This document shows positions 31,788-45,861 of a stretch of 64,000 nt of DNA, in pieces (the stretch's first letter is position 1; each line of letters begins with the position of its first letter). This DNA is from the human T2T-CHM13v2.0 reference genome, Homo sapiens. The translations under genes were made by a program, and so were the position numbers. The notes beneath the pieces were generated by a model. It did no database searches. It saw nothing but the letters and a program-made list of their open reading frames with translations, and was not told the origin of the DNA. Where the stretch lies: assembly GCF_009914755.1 (NCBI RefSeq), contig NC_060942.1, one strand, 5' to 3'.

Positions 31788-33977
31788 TAAATCAAGGTGG
31801 CATTTAGAATTTATTTTTTATATTGACTGTGGCCAAAAGACATATATTGATTTTCATTGTAATACCGAACGCTGGAATGCCTTCCTCCTTTTTATCATGT
31901 TTTCCTTTGGAAGAACAACAAGGCTAAATGCATTCACAATTTACTGCTCTCTTAAAGGAAGCAGTAATGAGCTTTCAGAAACAACCTTCAGAGCACACTT
32001 AAATATTTAGCAACATTAAAGCACTCTGTTTTTTTCCACTATAATTTAATGTCCCTACTATAAGAATTATCCATATACAAATGTTTAAATGTTGAGTACC
32101 TCTACATTAGTCACTGAATAAAGTTCAATTAAATAAATGTTTATGGAATCCTTATTATGTGACAGAGTATTCCAGGTGCCAATTAAAAGGTGTATAATTC
32201 ATTTAAAATATTAAAATTCAAGAAAGAACATGAAAAATATAATAAGAAAGTATGTATACTCCCCTTCACCGTCACCACTACCACTACTTGTCTTACTGTC
32301 CTAGTTCATTACGGCTTTACTTCCACACCTCGGATTCTCCTGTCATCAGATAAACTGAGTATCAATGCAGGGAGCCACAGATGAAACACAGAGGTGGGGT
32401 CCTGACACCAGTGATGAATACTATTTGTGGTACATTTTCTCCAAAAGACCAGATGTGATGGCACAGTGGTTCCCCAAACCGCTGCAATTGACAAACAGGG
32501 TTTCAATCTTTAACCTATTTAATGAGGCTTACAAGGAGATCCAAGGCTATTAGAAGTCATTTTAAAGCCACTTTTGTGAAACTTAGCCTTTACTCAGCTT
32601 AAAATTTAACTGGGAAAGGATTATAAATTACCTTTTTTGTTTCCAAAGTGGATATTTTTCAGTTTTTCCTGATCACCATTCGTGCCCCATTTATAATAGG
32701 AAGCCAGTTTTTAGTGATGGAATTAACTGTCTCCTATCATATGCAAATCAAAGTGCTTCTCTTCCTTCATAGATGTTGAAGGGGTCAAATCTTAAAACTG
32801 GGCAAAACAGGCTGTAGCATAATAGCTATCTCAATGTCTAGCAAAACATCAACTCTTGAAATAATGTTGCTCAAACCAAAGGAAAGGTGAATACCTTTCC
32901 TCTGAGGAGCAGAGCTTATGAGTGCTAGAACAGTGCTGTTCTTCATACTCCCTGCACACCACGGTTTCTAACCAACACCAGGACCCCCAGCATTCCATGA
33001 GCTCCCCAGATTTTTCCAGTAGACTATATTATTCTTGAGTTACCAAGAAAGAGTTCATGATGCTTGCCTTTAGCGCTCCTCATGTGATGCATCCTCCAGC
33101 ACGGACGGTGGGGAGAGCCCTTCCTGGAAGCAGACGGGTTGAGCAACAGCACTTGTGCACATGACCGGGAAAACCAGTGACTAAAAAGTCACTGCTTCAT
33201 GATGCAACCACTTCTATGTCTGGATTTATCAATTTTTAAAAAATCTCTTCTCAATATTATACTGAATCTTCTTCCCTGCCACGTCTTAGTCAGTAACAGA
33301 TTATAATACTGAAAGCAATAGGTCATTTATGACTTAGGAAAAATAGATTTCATTTAACTCCTGGGTCAGAAATCAAATTGCAAAGGGCTGGAGTGAGAGA
33401 GAGGTGTGGGTTTGGGAGGAAGTGAAGATCACTGATGAAGTAGGAGAGAGACATGACATGCTAGTGAAGATGGCAACCAATCACAGGATATATCTTCCAA
33501 GGCAGTGAAAGCTAGTGCGTTTTGAGGTGAATTAGATGGAGTTGATGGGAATCGGTTGAAGAACAGCAGGGGGATGAAGGGGATGAAGAGGTTACAGAGA
33601 GAAAAGAAAGCTCTTATGAGAAGAAAGCACCTTTGCTCAGGAGGGTACATGAGGGATAAGACAAATGAAGATACAAGATCATCAAAGAGATTTGAGAAAC
33701 CTATGTGAAATCTCTTTGATTCTTGTAAGGTTATTCATAAATGTATAGGTCTGAAAGCATCTTAAAGGCATCTAAAATAACCTCCTGACAAATGTATGCA
33801 TTTCTTCCTCAACATTCAGCAGAGTCAGAAAGTTTTCTCCTGAAACTTTTAGAATTAGAGAAATACCATCTTATGCGATATTACTGGCTGTTTCTGAGCA
33901 GCTCAAACTGTACAGTGTAGTAAATTGGGAAAAAATCCTCCCATTATACTTCTATTGATCTATCTCAATTTAATCCT

Positions 33978-34215
33978 CTAATACCACAAAAGTTATAAAT
34001 CTTTCTACATGAAGACACATGCACACATATGTTTATTGCAGCACTATCCCCAATAGCAAAGACTTGGAACCAACCCAAATGCCCTTCAGTGACAGACTGG
34101 ATAAAGAAAATGTGGCACATACACACCATGGAATACTCTGCAGCCATAAAAAAGGATGAGTTCATGTCCTTTGCAGGGACATGGATGAAGCTGGAAACCA
34201 TCATTCTCAGCAAAC
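33978..34215 (+). mobile_element. L1PA ORF2 internal fragment
   Basis: ORF 34029: MFIAALSPIAKTWNQPKCPSVTDWIKKMW...KLETIILSK. No 3' UTR or poly-A follows. Confidence 0.9.
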
Positions 34216-36469
34216 GAACTCATCTGTTTTTCAGATATTCACTCCAAATACTTGACTTACTTGAAGATAATTATAATTCTTACTTTGGTAAAGAAACTCA
34301 TCCAAACATATCTTTTAAAATATAGCCTGCCACATCCAATCTGTTAACAGAGACACATCATCTGTTCATGTCATCTATTGTTTTCCACTGGACTGGAATA
34401 GCTTTAGAGTCTCTCTCTCCCTCCTACTCCCCCTTTCTGTCTCCCCCTGTCTCTCTGTGTCTGTATCTCTTTCTGACTCCTCATCTGTCTCTTCATTTCT
34501 CTCTTCTTCTTCTAGTGTATTCTGCCATGCCTGTATTTTTAAGTATGTGAATGTGTGTATAGTTAGATGATTTTCTTCACAGGGGAATCAATAATGACCA
34601 CATTTTTCGTCAGGCATGTTCCTTTTGAACAATGTGCATGTCTACATGCTAATATTTTAGATCTCAGGATTTAGTAATGTCTATGATTGTGTTTTTATAC
34701 TTAGATTTGAATCTCAAGTTCACATTATCTCTGACCTAAATGTTGTACTATCCAAAGTCATGAACATGATATCTAATACACTTTACATTAGTTTCTCCCA
34801 GAAACTGCTGAAACTTCCTTCTATTGATTTTCTTTATCCCTTAACAGACAAGGTGTCCTGGATTCTACCAATATTACAGATATATCAGATCTGTTTTTCT
34901 CTCCCTCCTTTTAAACTTACATTTCTTGTCATGAAATCAATAAAACTCAAGGAAAATAGATATATTTATTAAAATCTTCATAACAGTCATCTGGTGTCAA
35001 AGTAGAATCCATGTATTTTACATTAAACTATATACCAGAAAGCCAAATCCTGCTATTCACATTATACTTCAAACTTTTTCAAATCCCAGCTTCACATGAA
35101 AATAATAAATTAAAGTTTAATATTTAACCTGAGAACATTTTGGCTGTTATCAGGATTTCATAGACATATTTGATACTTCTTTTTTATTGCTTATTCTCCT
35201 TTCTATAAAATGTTACCACATTGATTTTTTTCTATAAATTTTGCTAAGTACTTATCGTATTCAAGTCACTATGGTAAATTGTATGTGAAAAGGCAAATAA
35301 AACACTGTGATTATTCTAATAGGGTGCCCAGTATACTGCATTGGATATGTAAGTCAGTGATTATATTAGAAATACATTTATGCAATCATAACAATTATTT
35401 AATTATACAAAATAAGAAATTGCTGATTTTTGTCTGAAGACATAGCGATGTCAAAAACAGTCTCAAGAATATATATCATTTTAGTCGAGATCCCAAGAAG
35501 AGATGATAGTTAGATTTTTTTTGTAATATTATATAGATTTGCCATCTGGAAAGAATGAATATCTTTGGATTGTATCGTGTTAATAAACAGCTACTTTCCA
35601 TATCTTCAATAATGATTCTTCAGCCATCACAAAAGAAAGTATTTCATGAACCTATAGGAATAAGCAAAATGCTCTTTCCCTAATTAGGTGCCTTAGATCT
35701 AATATATTATGGCATAAATGAAGAATATTCCTAAATGATCAGATACTTTCTTAAATATTTTCCAATTATTCTATTTTCCTTTCCTTGCCTAAATTACATG
35801 TTAAACACCTAATATTTCCCTGGCTTCTGATAAAAATCTGTTCCAACTGATATTTAAATTTAGGAAACATGAGCAAGATAACCTCTGACAACTTTTCTGG
35901 CTGTCTTTTAGTTATTTGAATTGCTGTGGTATTGAGAGAGGATTGAAGAAGGAAGACACTGCCAAATCACTGGGGTTTGTGAAAACTTGGTGAAAAATTT
36001 CTTCCTTGAGTCACGGCAGACCCAGGGAGTTGCCTAAGAATCTTCTGTGATGCGTTAAGCCAGCCAGCCTGTCAGTGAGCCTTAGTGTATTTTGGGTTAT
36101 CCTCAGAAGAAAACAAAGATCCTACCATTGTCTTTTTAAAGCTCAAGTATAAACTTCCCATAGCTCTTCTCTTTCTTTAAAATCGATATTCCTTTGATTT
36201 TAAAGACATGCTGTAAATACTCTCCCTAAGGTGCTTTTGCATACTTATATCCAATAACTATTTTCATTTCTTTATACAGCTATCTGTGTTCAGGACTCCA
36301 TACTGGATCTGTTAAAATGTTTCTCCACATGAACAAGAAGATATCAGTGATATGTATCTGAGTCTGTTGTTAGAGAGTTAAGTGCAGAGTTTGGCAAAGT
36401 GAATGTTCTTTTTCTATATCTTCTAAATATTTTTAAAATCCTTTATAATAATTGAGGTTATAGGTAATG

Positions 36470-36715
36470 CATTTTATATTTATAATGTGCTTTAGGGTTA
36501 TACCGATTTCATTCAACTGTCATTTGATCCTCATACCAATTATATGGAACATTTTATTTGTATTGAATACCAACTTCAGTTTTACCAAAGAAACCTAAGA
36601 TTAAAACAGATAAATGACTTTCCAAACCTTCCCAGTTTACAGAGCTTGTAGGTTCCAGAAACAAAATTCTAAATGAGAGCATGTGATTTCAAATCCTATA
36701 GCCTTTATTCAGTTT
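36470..36715 (-). mobile_element. MIR
   Basis: tcatttgatcctcata...cagtttta..aaagaaac..aagat...aaatgactttccaa. Confidence 0.6.
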
Positions 36716-36813
36716 CAAGCTGATTCCTAATTGTATACATGGTCATTTTAAGCATAATGGAGCTCCATAATGAGCTATGATATTAAAAGCTGCATTTATT
36801 CCACTAGCACCAA

Positions 36814-36867
<54 letters not shown>
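36814..36867. repeat. (TA)n microsatellite
   Basis: TA run with two interruptions. Confidence 0.95.
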
Positions 36868-37732
36868 TTGAGAAGCTGTTAGAGACAGAACAGGAGTGTT
36901 AAAAATTGTATCATGGACAAGACAGATCTGCAAATACAGGGTCTACAAAGTCCTAATGTGAAGTCAGCCCTCAGGGGTTGTGGGACTCCAAGATAGAAGC
37001 TTCCCCCATCTATCATTCTCTGTCCATGTTTTCTGTTCTAAGAGATCCTGTGCATCTGCTTTCTAACAGAAAAAGAACTTTCCCTTATTTTGGTTCTCTT
37101 ATATCTGCTATACCTCAAAATATCATCTCACATGGACAAATCACTGGATTAAAATAAAAACTACTAGAGGGTTGAACACGAAATACTGGTTTTATGAAAT
37201 TAGATATCTCTAGCTAAAAAGAAATAAATTTCTGCAATCCCATTTGACTAATTCTATTTCTCTTAAATTACCTGTCTTATAAGTATGTCAATCAATATTA
37301 CATATTATATATCAATGAGGATGCCAATTTATTAACATAGATTTTTAATTCCAAATTATTTTTTAATAATTAAACATTACTTTTTAATACCTTGAACCTA
37401 TTTGCTTGCTTTAATGGGAAATAGAAATAAGAGATACGAATATTTTCTTCCATGATAAGTTAAGAAAAAAATTATTATATTTAAATTATAATAATAAATC
37501 AGATCATAAATTTGAATAAGATGTCAAATATATCTTTGACAGAAAAAATATGTTGGAAACAACCAATTTACCACAAGTTATACTTTAAAGCTTATTTAGA
37601 TGGAGAGGGCAAGGAAAAGTTTGCTAAACGCTATCTTAAATAAGAGAAAAATCAAAGATAGTGTTTCAGTTTATCTCCTTCAATTATTAAAATATGTACC
37701 AAAATGCTTTTGAAATATTTGAAACAATAAGT

Positions 37733-37740
<8 letters not shown>

Positions 37741-37771
<31 letters not shown>

Positions 37772-37862
37772 CTTTGGAAGATATATATATCTTCATGTAT
37801 TGTGTATATTTATATATAATATATATTTCTATATGTTATATATATCTTTATATATATAATAT
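37741..37862. repeat. (TA)n and AT-rich low-complexity tract
   Basis: (TA)12 followed by degenerate TA sequence. Confidence 0.9.
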
Positions 37863-39062
37863 TCCTCAATATTTTGGAAGATGCTGTATTTTCTAAAATA
37901 CTGATGAAGATAAAAGGAACGCATACCTAACCATCTAACAAAGCATTAAAAGTAACCACGAAAATAATATGAAAGTAAGAAAACAAAATATTGATGCAGA
38001 AAATAGGAGTAAAAATAATTATATTATTCATAAAAACAAAGGATTCTAGGATTAGATTAATAAGAAAAACCCAACAATGCAAAAAACAAATTTAACAAGT
38101 GCACCAAAAACAATGTGATCCACAAACATAAAAATAAAACAGAATAGATTAATTTAGACCTCTTTATAAGTATGAATGGGAAAAAAGTCTTAAAAAAATC
38201 AAGCAAAGGAGAACTCAAGGCAAAATATGTTACCACAGTAACTTTGTTAACAAGTGTGTATTTTAAAGGATAAAACAGACCCAATTTTATGCACTGAATT
38301 CCATTGCATCAAAATGTATATGGCAAAACAAAATTTAAAAAAACATAAAAATATATCTGGCATTTATTGAGTAAATATTATATATGATGGTCTTGGAAAT
38401 ATCATATAATCCTCATAGACAACTGTGAAATATTAATACTACTTATATTAAATACAAATATGTGAGGCTCAACAAAGTTATACAATCTCAAACGCCAATG
38501 TTTGTGTCCCCTTCCTCATGAAAAATCTTAGAGATAAATTTGTGTGGCAATACACACACAAAAAATTGTCAGAAACAATAGTTGAAGTTAATACATTCAA
38601 CTTTTTATGCCAAGGTAGACAGTATATGATGATATAAAGGGTTGAATAATGTAATTAAGATCAATTTGCAACATGTGCACATACTGAGAATTTGTTTTCT
38701 CAAAATAAATAAACCCATGGGAATAGTTTGAAAAGTTAATTATATTTTCCTAAGAGAAAATATCAATCAGTATTCATTTTATAGGATTATAACAATATAG
38801 GTTAGCTTAATTAAATAGAATTCATTCTGACAAAAATGCAATAAAAATTGAAATTAACAGCAAAGTGTCATCTAAGACTGAAGTTTTTAGGTTTATTAAA
38901 TGGCTCTCAAATCAAAAAATGAATCAAAATCTTAACATCTGACTGTTTCTCAATGACTGTAATCATAATGAGAACAATACAATATAGCAAATATGCACAA
39001 AATTGATCTTAGAAGAAAGTGCATAGCTTTAAATGGTTTCACCATGTAAAGACAAACAAACA

Positions 39063-39358
39063 TGCCAAGCAAGGTAGCTCATGCCTGTAATTCCCAACTT
39101 TAGGAGGCTGAGGTGGGTGGATCGCTTGAGCCCAGGAGTTCGAGACCAGACTAGGCTAAATGGCAAAACCCCATTGCTACAAATAATACAACAATTAGCC
39201 AGGTGCAGTGACTGGGAAGTCTGAGGTGAGAGGATCACTTGAGCCAGGGAAGTGGAGGCTGCAGTGAGCCATGCTCACAATACTGCACAGCAGCCTGGAT
39301 GACACAGTGAGACCAAGTTTCAAAACATAAACATAGGTAGTTAAATAAATAAATAAAC
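39063..39358 (+). mobile_element. AluJ (internal deletion)
   Basis: Alu dimer with ttgagcccaggagttcgagacc and a (TAAA)n tail. Confidence 0.88.
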
Positions 39359-42300
39359 ATGTTATTTAAGCATCTAATTTAAAAGGCAAAAATAGTAAAA
39401 ACAATAAATTTAAAGAAATTTAGGAAAGACAAATAGAAAAAATACTCCTTTTCGAAATGATTAGCTATTGCGTCATCTCCATCCTTTTTCTTCTAAAATG
39501 AGAATAAACAAAAATATTTTAGAGGTAGATAGTCACAATAGTGAAGAGAGCTGGAGGGGAGCCATCAAGAGATGTTATCTGAGCACCTCTAGAATAAAGA
39601 AAGTGGATGGAAAAGAGCTGATGACTGAAGGAGTGCAGAGAAAGTTGCAGTAAAAAAAAAATTAAATAAATAAGGAAGTTGTTGCATTGGAGAAGAAAGT
39701 CAGTCGGCTTGGCACCATTCCTAAGAGGCTCGAGTTAGAGGCTAGAGCAGAATCTATAGTAGAGAAAGGAAATAGAATAGAAAATAGTTGAAAGATTACA
39801 TAGGGAAGTCATCACCTCACCCACCTACTGACCTATTCCACTGAAATCTGGCAATCTGGCGTTTTACTCAGGGGCAAAAATTCAGAGGGCTCATCTCTAA
39901 GGAAATTGAACTAACCGGGAGGAACAAAGCCAACCAGTGTGAGTGCTCCTGACTGAGTAAAGCTCTCCTCATTTCTCACTGGGAATGTTGCCAACATAAA
40001 GGATGGCTCCCCATGCTCTAATCTTAAAGGTAAGTGCTGCTCACACATGCATATCTGCCAGTCTGCCTTCCTATTCATTAATTAAAATACATATATATAT
40101 GTCCACCAAGTGTCACTAATTAGCTGAAAATTATATGAATCATGAACTAGAAAGACAAAGTTTAAACAACAACAAAAATCAGAATCAGATGAAACATAAT
40201 GCAAACAGCAGAAGAGAACTTTAAAATGTAGTGAACGTCCCCAGAGAATAAGGAAAAAATTGCATCTAAAAGACTAGGCAGACTGCTTCTCGGAGGAAAA
40301 ATCAGAGCAACAAAACTCTGATTGATAAAAAGTATCAGGGCCAAAGTAAAAGTAAAATTATTACACAATGGAATGGATTAAATAAAACAGTCCAGAAAAT
40401 ATCCCAAATTAGAAAGCAAAAAGCAATAGATTAAAACAAAGAGACAAAATTGAATCAAAAAGTGTAACTTCTGAGTAGTAGGAATTAAAAAAAAAAAAAT
40501 ACTAAGATAAGAGAAGAAAATTTCTCATGGTTGCAGAGATTCCGGTCTTCAAATTCAATGTGCTCTAAAGCTCCCGTAGAGAAAAATGGGGAAAACAAAA
40601 GGAAAAACTAGAGGATTGGGGCTCTCTCTTTTGCTGCTTACTGCCCCACCTCATATTTTCTGAGTCAAATGGCTAAGAGCTAAGAGCCGGGTGCAAGTGG
40701 AGAAATTTTCTCCTATTATAGTCTAAAAAGATTAACTGGTTGTCACACTCTCCTCTGAGGTCTGAAAAACAGCAAAAAGGTAAGACTGGAAAGCCACTGA
40801 TCAAGAAAGGTTGTGGTGCAGAGAGATCTACATACCCCAAAGGGAAAGGAAGATTCTCACGATTTATTAATCTGCAACATCTAGACAGGAGCCAGTCCAA
40901 ATAAGAAGAGTCTGGAAGCCAATGAAATATGGCAGAGCAATCAAAATAAACCACATGAAGCACAACTGATGGAGGAGATGAGTGAGTATCAATAAAATAA
41001 TACAAAGAACACCTGAGAACATCAAAATGACAGCTTAATGCAGATAAAAGACTTTCAAGAGACATATACATAATTTCCCAATTATATGTTTAGAATATGA
41101 GTTAAGGGAGCAGAATTACTGTTGACATCTGAGTGTATGATCTGAAACATCAAGTGCAAGAAATGTCTCAGGGAAGAGAGCCAAAAACATAAGGAGACAG
41201 AAAAAATAATAAGGGGAAACAACAAAAAGCGTTCTGGATATAATAAAAATTCCAGAAAAAGAAATAGGATAATATATGTATGAGCAGCAAAAATTGAAGA
41301 AATAATACAAATAATAGAAAATATTTCTATAATATTAGTAATAAAACAAAAGTGTTAAGTTCCAGGGTGCCTTAATTAGAAAGCACACAGGGCTCTGTTG
41401 GTATATTTCTGAAATTAAAGGATGAAGGAAAAATTTGCAAGATACAAAGCAGAAAGAAAAAAGTTACATACTAAGGAAAAGTCAGTCAACATTGCATTTT
41501 TTACCTGCACACTGTAGATTGAGGACAATGAAATAACATATACAAATCACCGAGATATAGGACTGAAACCCAGGAATGTACACTGTAATTAACAAGTTAT
41601 TCAATTTTCAGGGAGAAAGATGTTTAAAGAGGATGCAAAAGTCCAAAGTCTACCAATCACATACCCACTTCAGGACAGACTCTGTTCAAAAATAGAGACA
41701 GAAGACCACAAGAAACACCCAAATACCTACAGTAGAGGAATATAAAACTTAGAGAAAAATATGCTGAGTACCTTAAGATATGAATGTATATGTGTATGTG
41801 CGTGCATGTGTGTGTGTATATATAAATATATGTGTATATATATTGATATATCATATTTAATATGAGATATATATCATATTAAGATGTAGGAAAAGGGCCT
41901 GGAAATTTGTCATACAGTGTTAGTTAAGGGACAAATTATGAAAAATTCATCTCAGAAGAAAATAACTTATAGTTGGAGGAAAGGAAAAGAGAAGAGAAAT
42001 AAACACATTCTAAATCTCTACTGGGGGTAGGAAAAAAGAGAAGGTGAAAATAAAACTACTCTAAAATTATTTCTTTGGGACTTAAGGAAAAATGGAATAT
42101 CTTGGTGGGGGGAAACGGTTTTGCTTGGGGAGTTAATTGGTGCATCCAGTAGATTAATCATATATGTTTGCCTAAAAGGCAAGAAAAAAGATTCATTTCT
42201 AGAACAGAAAATTACATTTGATGTTCTAAATTAATGAAGAAAAATGAATAACTAAAAAACATGTCAATGCAACAAACACAGAAAAAAGTGAAAAACAGTT

Positions 42301-42981
42301 CAACCAATAATAGAAAATATATAGGAAATGAATAAAATCTAGCATAGCCATTATTATAAGTGTGAATTAAATAAATTATGTGAATTAAATAAATTATCTC
42401 ATTATCAGTCAAAAAATGTCAAGTTGGGTTAAAGTGTAAAACTTGTTTGAAAGAAATACACTTAAATTAAAATAATGAAAATAAAAAGTTTGGTAAAGAG
42501 ACATATGACAAATATAATAAGGAGCAGGAAGAGTACATATTTGAAGGGTAAGAGCACCAAAAGGTATAAAGGATATTAAATGACTTTAAAAGGCATAATA
42601 TATGATGAAGCTATAACATTCATAAATCTGGATGCACTAAACAAGAGTGCAGTTAAATACGTATGCAAAATCTATTGAAATCTAAGAAAAATAAACAGAA
42701 GTTAAGTTTTAAAGAGTTCAATTTAACTTTCTTGTAACAAGACAGACATAAGAAAAATATAAACTCAATTTAAAAAATTAATTGTTGAATCTTCACCACT
42801 TAAGTACTTGTCCACATATGAAAACTTTATTTTTTAAAAATATTTTTATTGGTTGCATTTTCATAGCATAAGCCAAAAAAATCTATTATGAATTTACCAA
42901 CTACTTTAGCATAGGTTAAGTTCCAGGCAAATCATAACATCTCTAGAAAACAATGGAAAGGAAGACTCTTTTATACTAATA

Positions 42982-42985
<4 letters not shown>

Positions 42986-43044
<59 letters not shown>
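42986..43044. repeat. Pure (TA)~29 microsatellite
   Basis: Uninterrupted TA run abutting an Alu tail. Confidence 0.98.
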
Positions 43045-43046
<2 letters not shown>

Positions 43047-43333
43047 CTTTTCTTTTTGAGAAAGGGTCTCTGTCACCTAGGCTGGAGTGCAGGGCTGGGA
43101 TCCTGGCTCACTGCAGCCTCGACTTCATGGGCTCAAGAGATTTTCCCACCTCAGCCTCCTGAGTAGCTGAGATTACAGGTGCATGCCGCTATGCCTAGCT
43201 AATTTTGTATTTTTTGTGGAGACTGGATTTCACCATGTTGCCTAGGCTGGTCTTGAACTTCTGTGCTCCGGCCATCCACCTGCCTTGGCCTCCCAAACTG
43301 CTGGACTATAGGCGTGAGCCACCACACCTGGCC
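43045..43333 (-). mobile_element. AluJ
   Basis: Alu reverse complement ending ccacacctggcc. Confidence 0.92.
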
Positions 43334-44286
43334 TACAATAACATATTTCTAAAAAACATGTAAAATAAATTATAAGAAAAATTCTCAGATACTGACAAAA
43401 TTGGACATGTGAAGGGCCTCAAACAATTTCCCCTCTAAAGAAATGTGTTGAATTCTGAAGTTATGCAGCACGGTTTAAAAGGTGAAGTCAAAAATTTCTG
43501 AAAAGTAGCATGCAACTTCTTCATAGTCTTATTGTTTTTTAGGAGTCAAAGATCCATCACACCTTTGAAAACACAACAGATGAGTAAGTATTTAAAGCCA
43601 CAGAGAAAGTGTTGACATCATGTGTAAGCAGTCATTTCTATTCTAAGAATATTTGGCTATATTGCTCTAACTGGAGACTGAGAATTTTTAGGTTGCTCCC
43701 ATTGGTGGTCCATAGGTATGGAAATGAGAAACCAAGTGGAATTTTTGGAATGACATGGGGCCTAAGTAACCAACTGGAGACTTGCAAGTGCTTTGAACAG
43801 TCTCCTCCTCAATACATTTGCCATTTAATAAAATTCAACCTCTATTCATATAAAATCTACCAGAAAACCAGCAATAGAAATTTCTGCATAACAAAAGCTA
43901 TTTATGAAGTTAATACCTTAATTAATGTAATATTAGATTTCCCCAAAGTAAGTGAACAGGCAAGGACATTCAATCTTACCAATTCCGTTAAACTTTAAAT
44001 AGACCCTAACCAGAGCAGGAAAAAGTAAAACTATTTTTATTCAGAGATGACATCATTGTATATGTAGAAAACTCAAAATAAGTTGCAAATCTACTACTAG
44101 ATCTAATAGGTGAATGTAGCAAGGTCAGTATATAAAATCAACTGTATTTCTATATAATAAAATGAAAATGGTATTTCAGAAACATTACTTATATTAGCAG
44201 TAAAACATCACATTTAAATGTCAAGAAATAAATTTAAAGAAATATGTGAAGGCCTCCACAGCCATAAAATATTTAAGGTAGCATAG

Positions 44287-44667
44287 TGTAGTAGTTTGCT
44301 AGGGCCACCATATAAAAGTACCAAAGACTGGGTGGCTCAAACAACAGAAATTTATTTTCTCACACGCTAAACAATAGAAGTCTTGAGAGCAAAGGATCAG
44401 CAGGGTTAGGTTTTTCTGAGGCCTCTCTCCACAGCTGGTAGATGGACATCTTCTCCCCATATCTTCTCATCATCTTCTCCCTCTACCTGTCTATCTCCAA
44501 ACTTCCTCTTCTTCTGAGGACAACAGACATATTCAGTTAGATCCCCTCTCCCCACCAATAACCTAATTTTAACTTGACTGCCTGTTTAAATACAGTCACA
44601 TTTTACGGTACCATGAATTAGGGCTTCAATATATAAATTTTGAGTAAACACAATTAAGGCTATAATA
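44287..44667 (-). mobile_element. MLT1B-like MaLR solo LTR
   Basis: tgtagtagtttgctagggc...aacaacagaaatttattttctcaca...aaatacagtcacatt. Confidence 0.8.
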
Positions 44668-45502
44668 TGCAGTGAAACAATAGTGGAAATAAAGAGAGTG
44701 AAAGAAATAATATTTGAAGGAGGTAGGAGAGAGATAGATGTTCTGTGTGTGATGTCCATGGCCCAGGGGTTGGGGACCTCTGTGTTAAAATGTGTTTGAC
44801 TCTAGGAAGTGGGGCTGTATCTAAGTAAAGACATAGCAAGAAACTAATTATACCTTTTTTAAAAGATTTTGGACAGCTATGTGTATGTGTAAAAGATAAA
44901 TGAAAAAATGCAATTAAATAATAAAAATATGAGTTGATTAATGAGAAAAAGTAAACCTACTCCTGGTAAACATAATCAAAAAAAGAAAGAAAGAAGAAAG
45001 GGAATACAAAATTTTAGAAACAAGAGACTACTACTGTAAACATCAAAGAGATTTTTAAAATTCTGTATACAACATGAAATATTAATTTTAAAATCCTAAA
45101 GATACTTGTGATTCTATATTACATAAATCACTAAAATTAGCAGAGAAAATTTTTTGTACACCTGGAAGACCCATTGAATTCAGATGAGTTTAAAGCAATA
45201 AAAGAATTAACTTGTCAAATATATGGGGCCGAAAATTTTGTCAAACTTCTATAGACCAGATCATTTTTTATTTAAAATGTTTCTGAATATAGAAAAAGGA
45301 ATATAATTTGCTATTTATTTTTTAAAAAAATACACAGAACACTTCATGGCAACTATAAAGTAATTACATTAATCACAGGTAACTTATCCCATTGATATAC
45401 ATTAGATTAATTATTAATCTTGATTAACCAAATTGTACTGTAGGAAATTGAAGATGGTCAACACAAATAAATACACTAATATGCTTAGTTTATCAAACTT
45501 AA

Positions 45503-45861
<359 letters not shown>

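Noticed and set aside
33175-33194. 8-bp hairpin CAGTGACT-aaaa-AGTCACTG
   Set aside because: About the number expected by chance in 64 kb.
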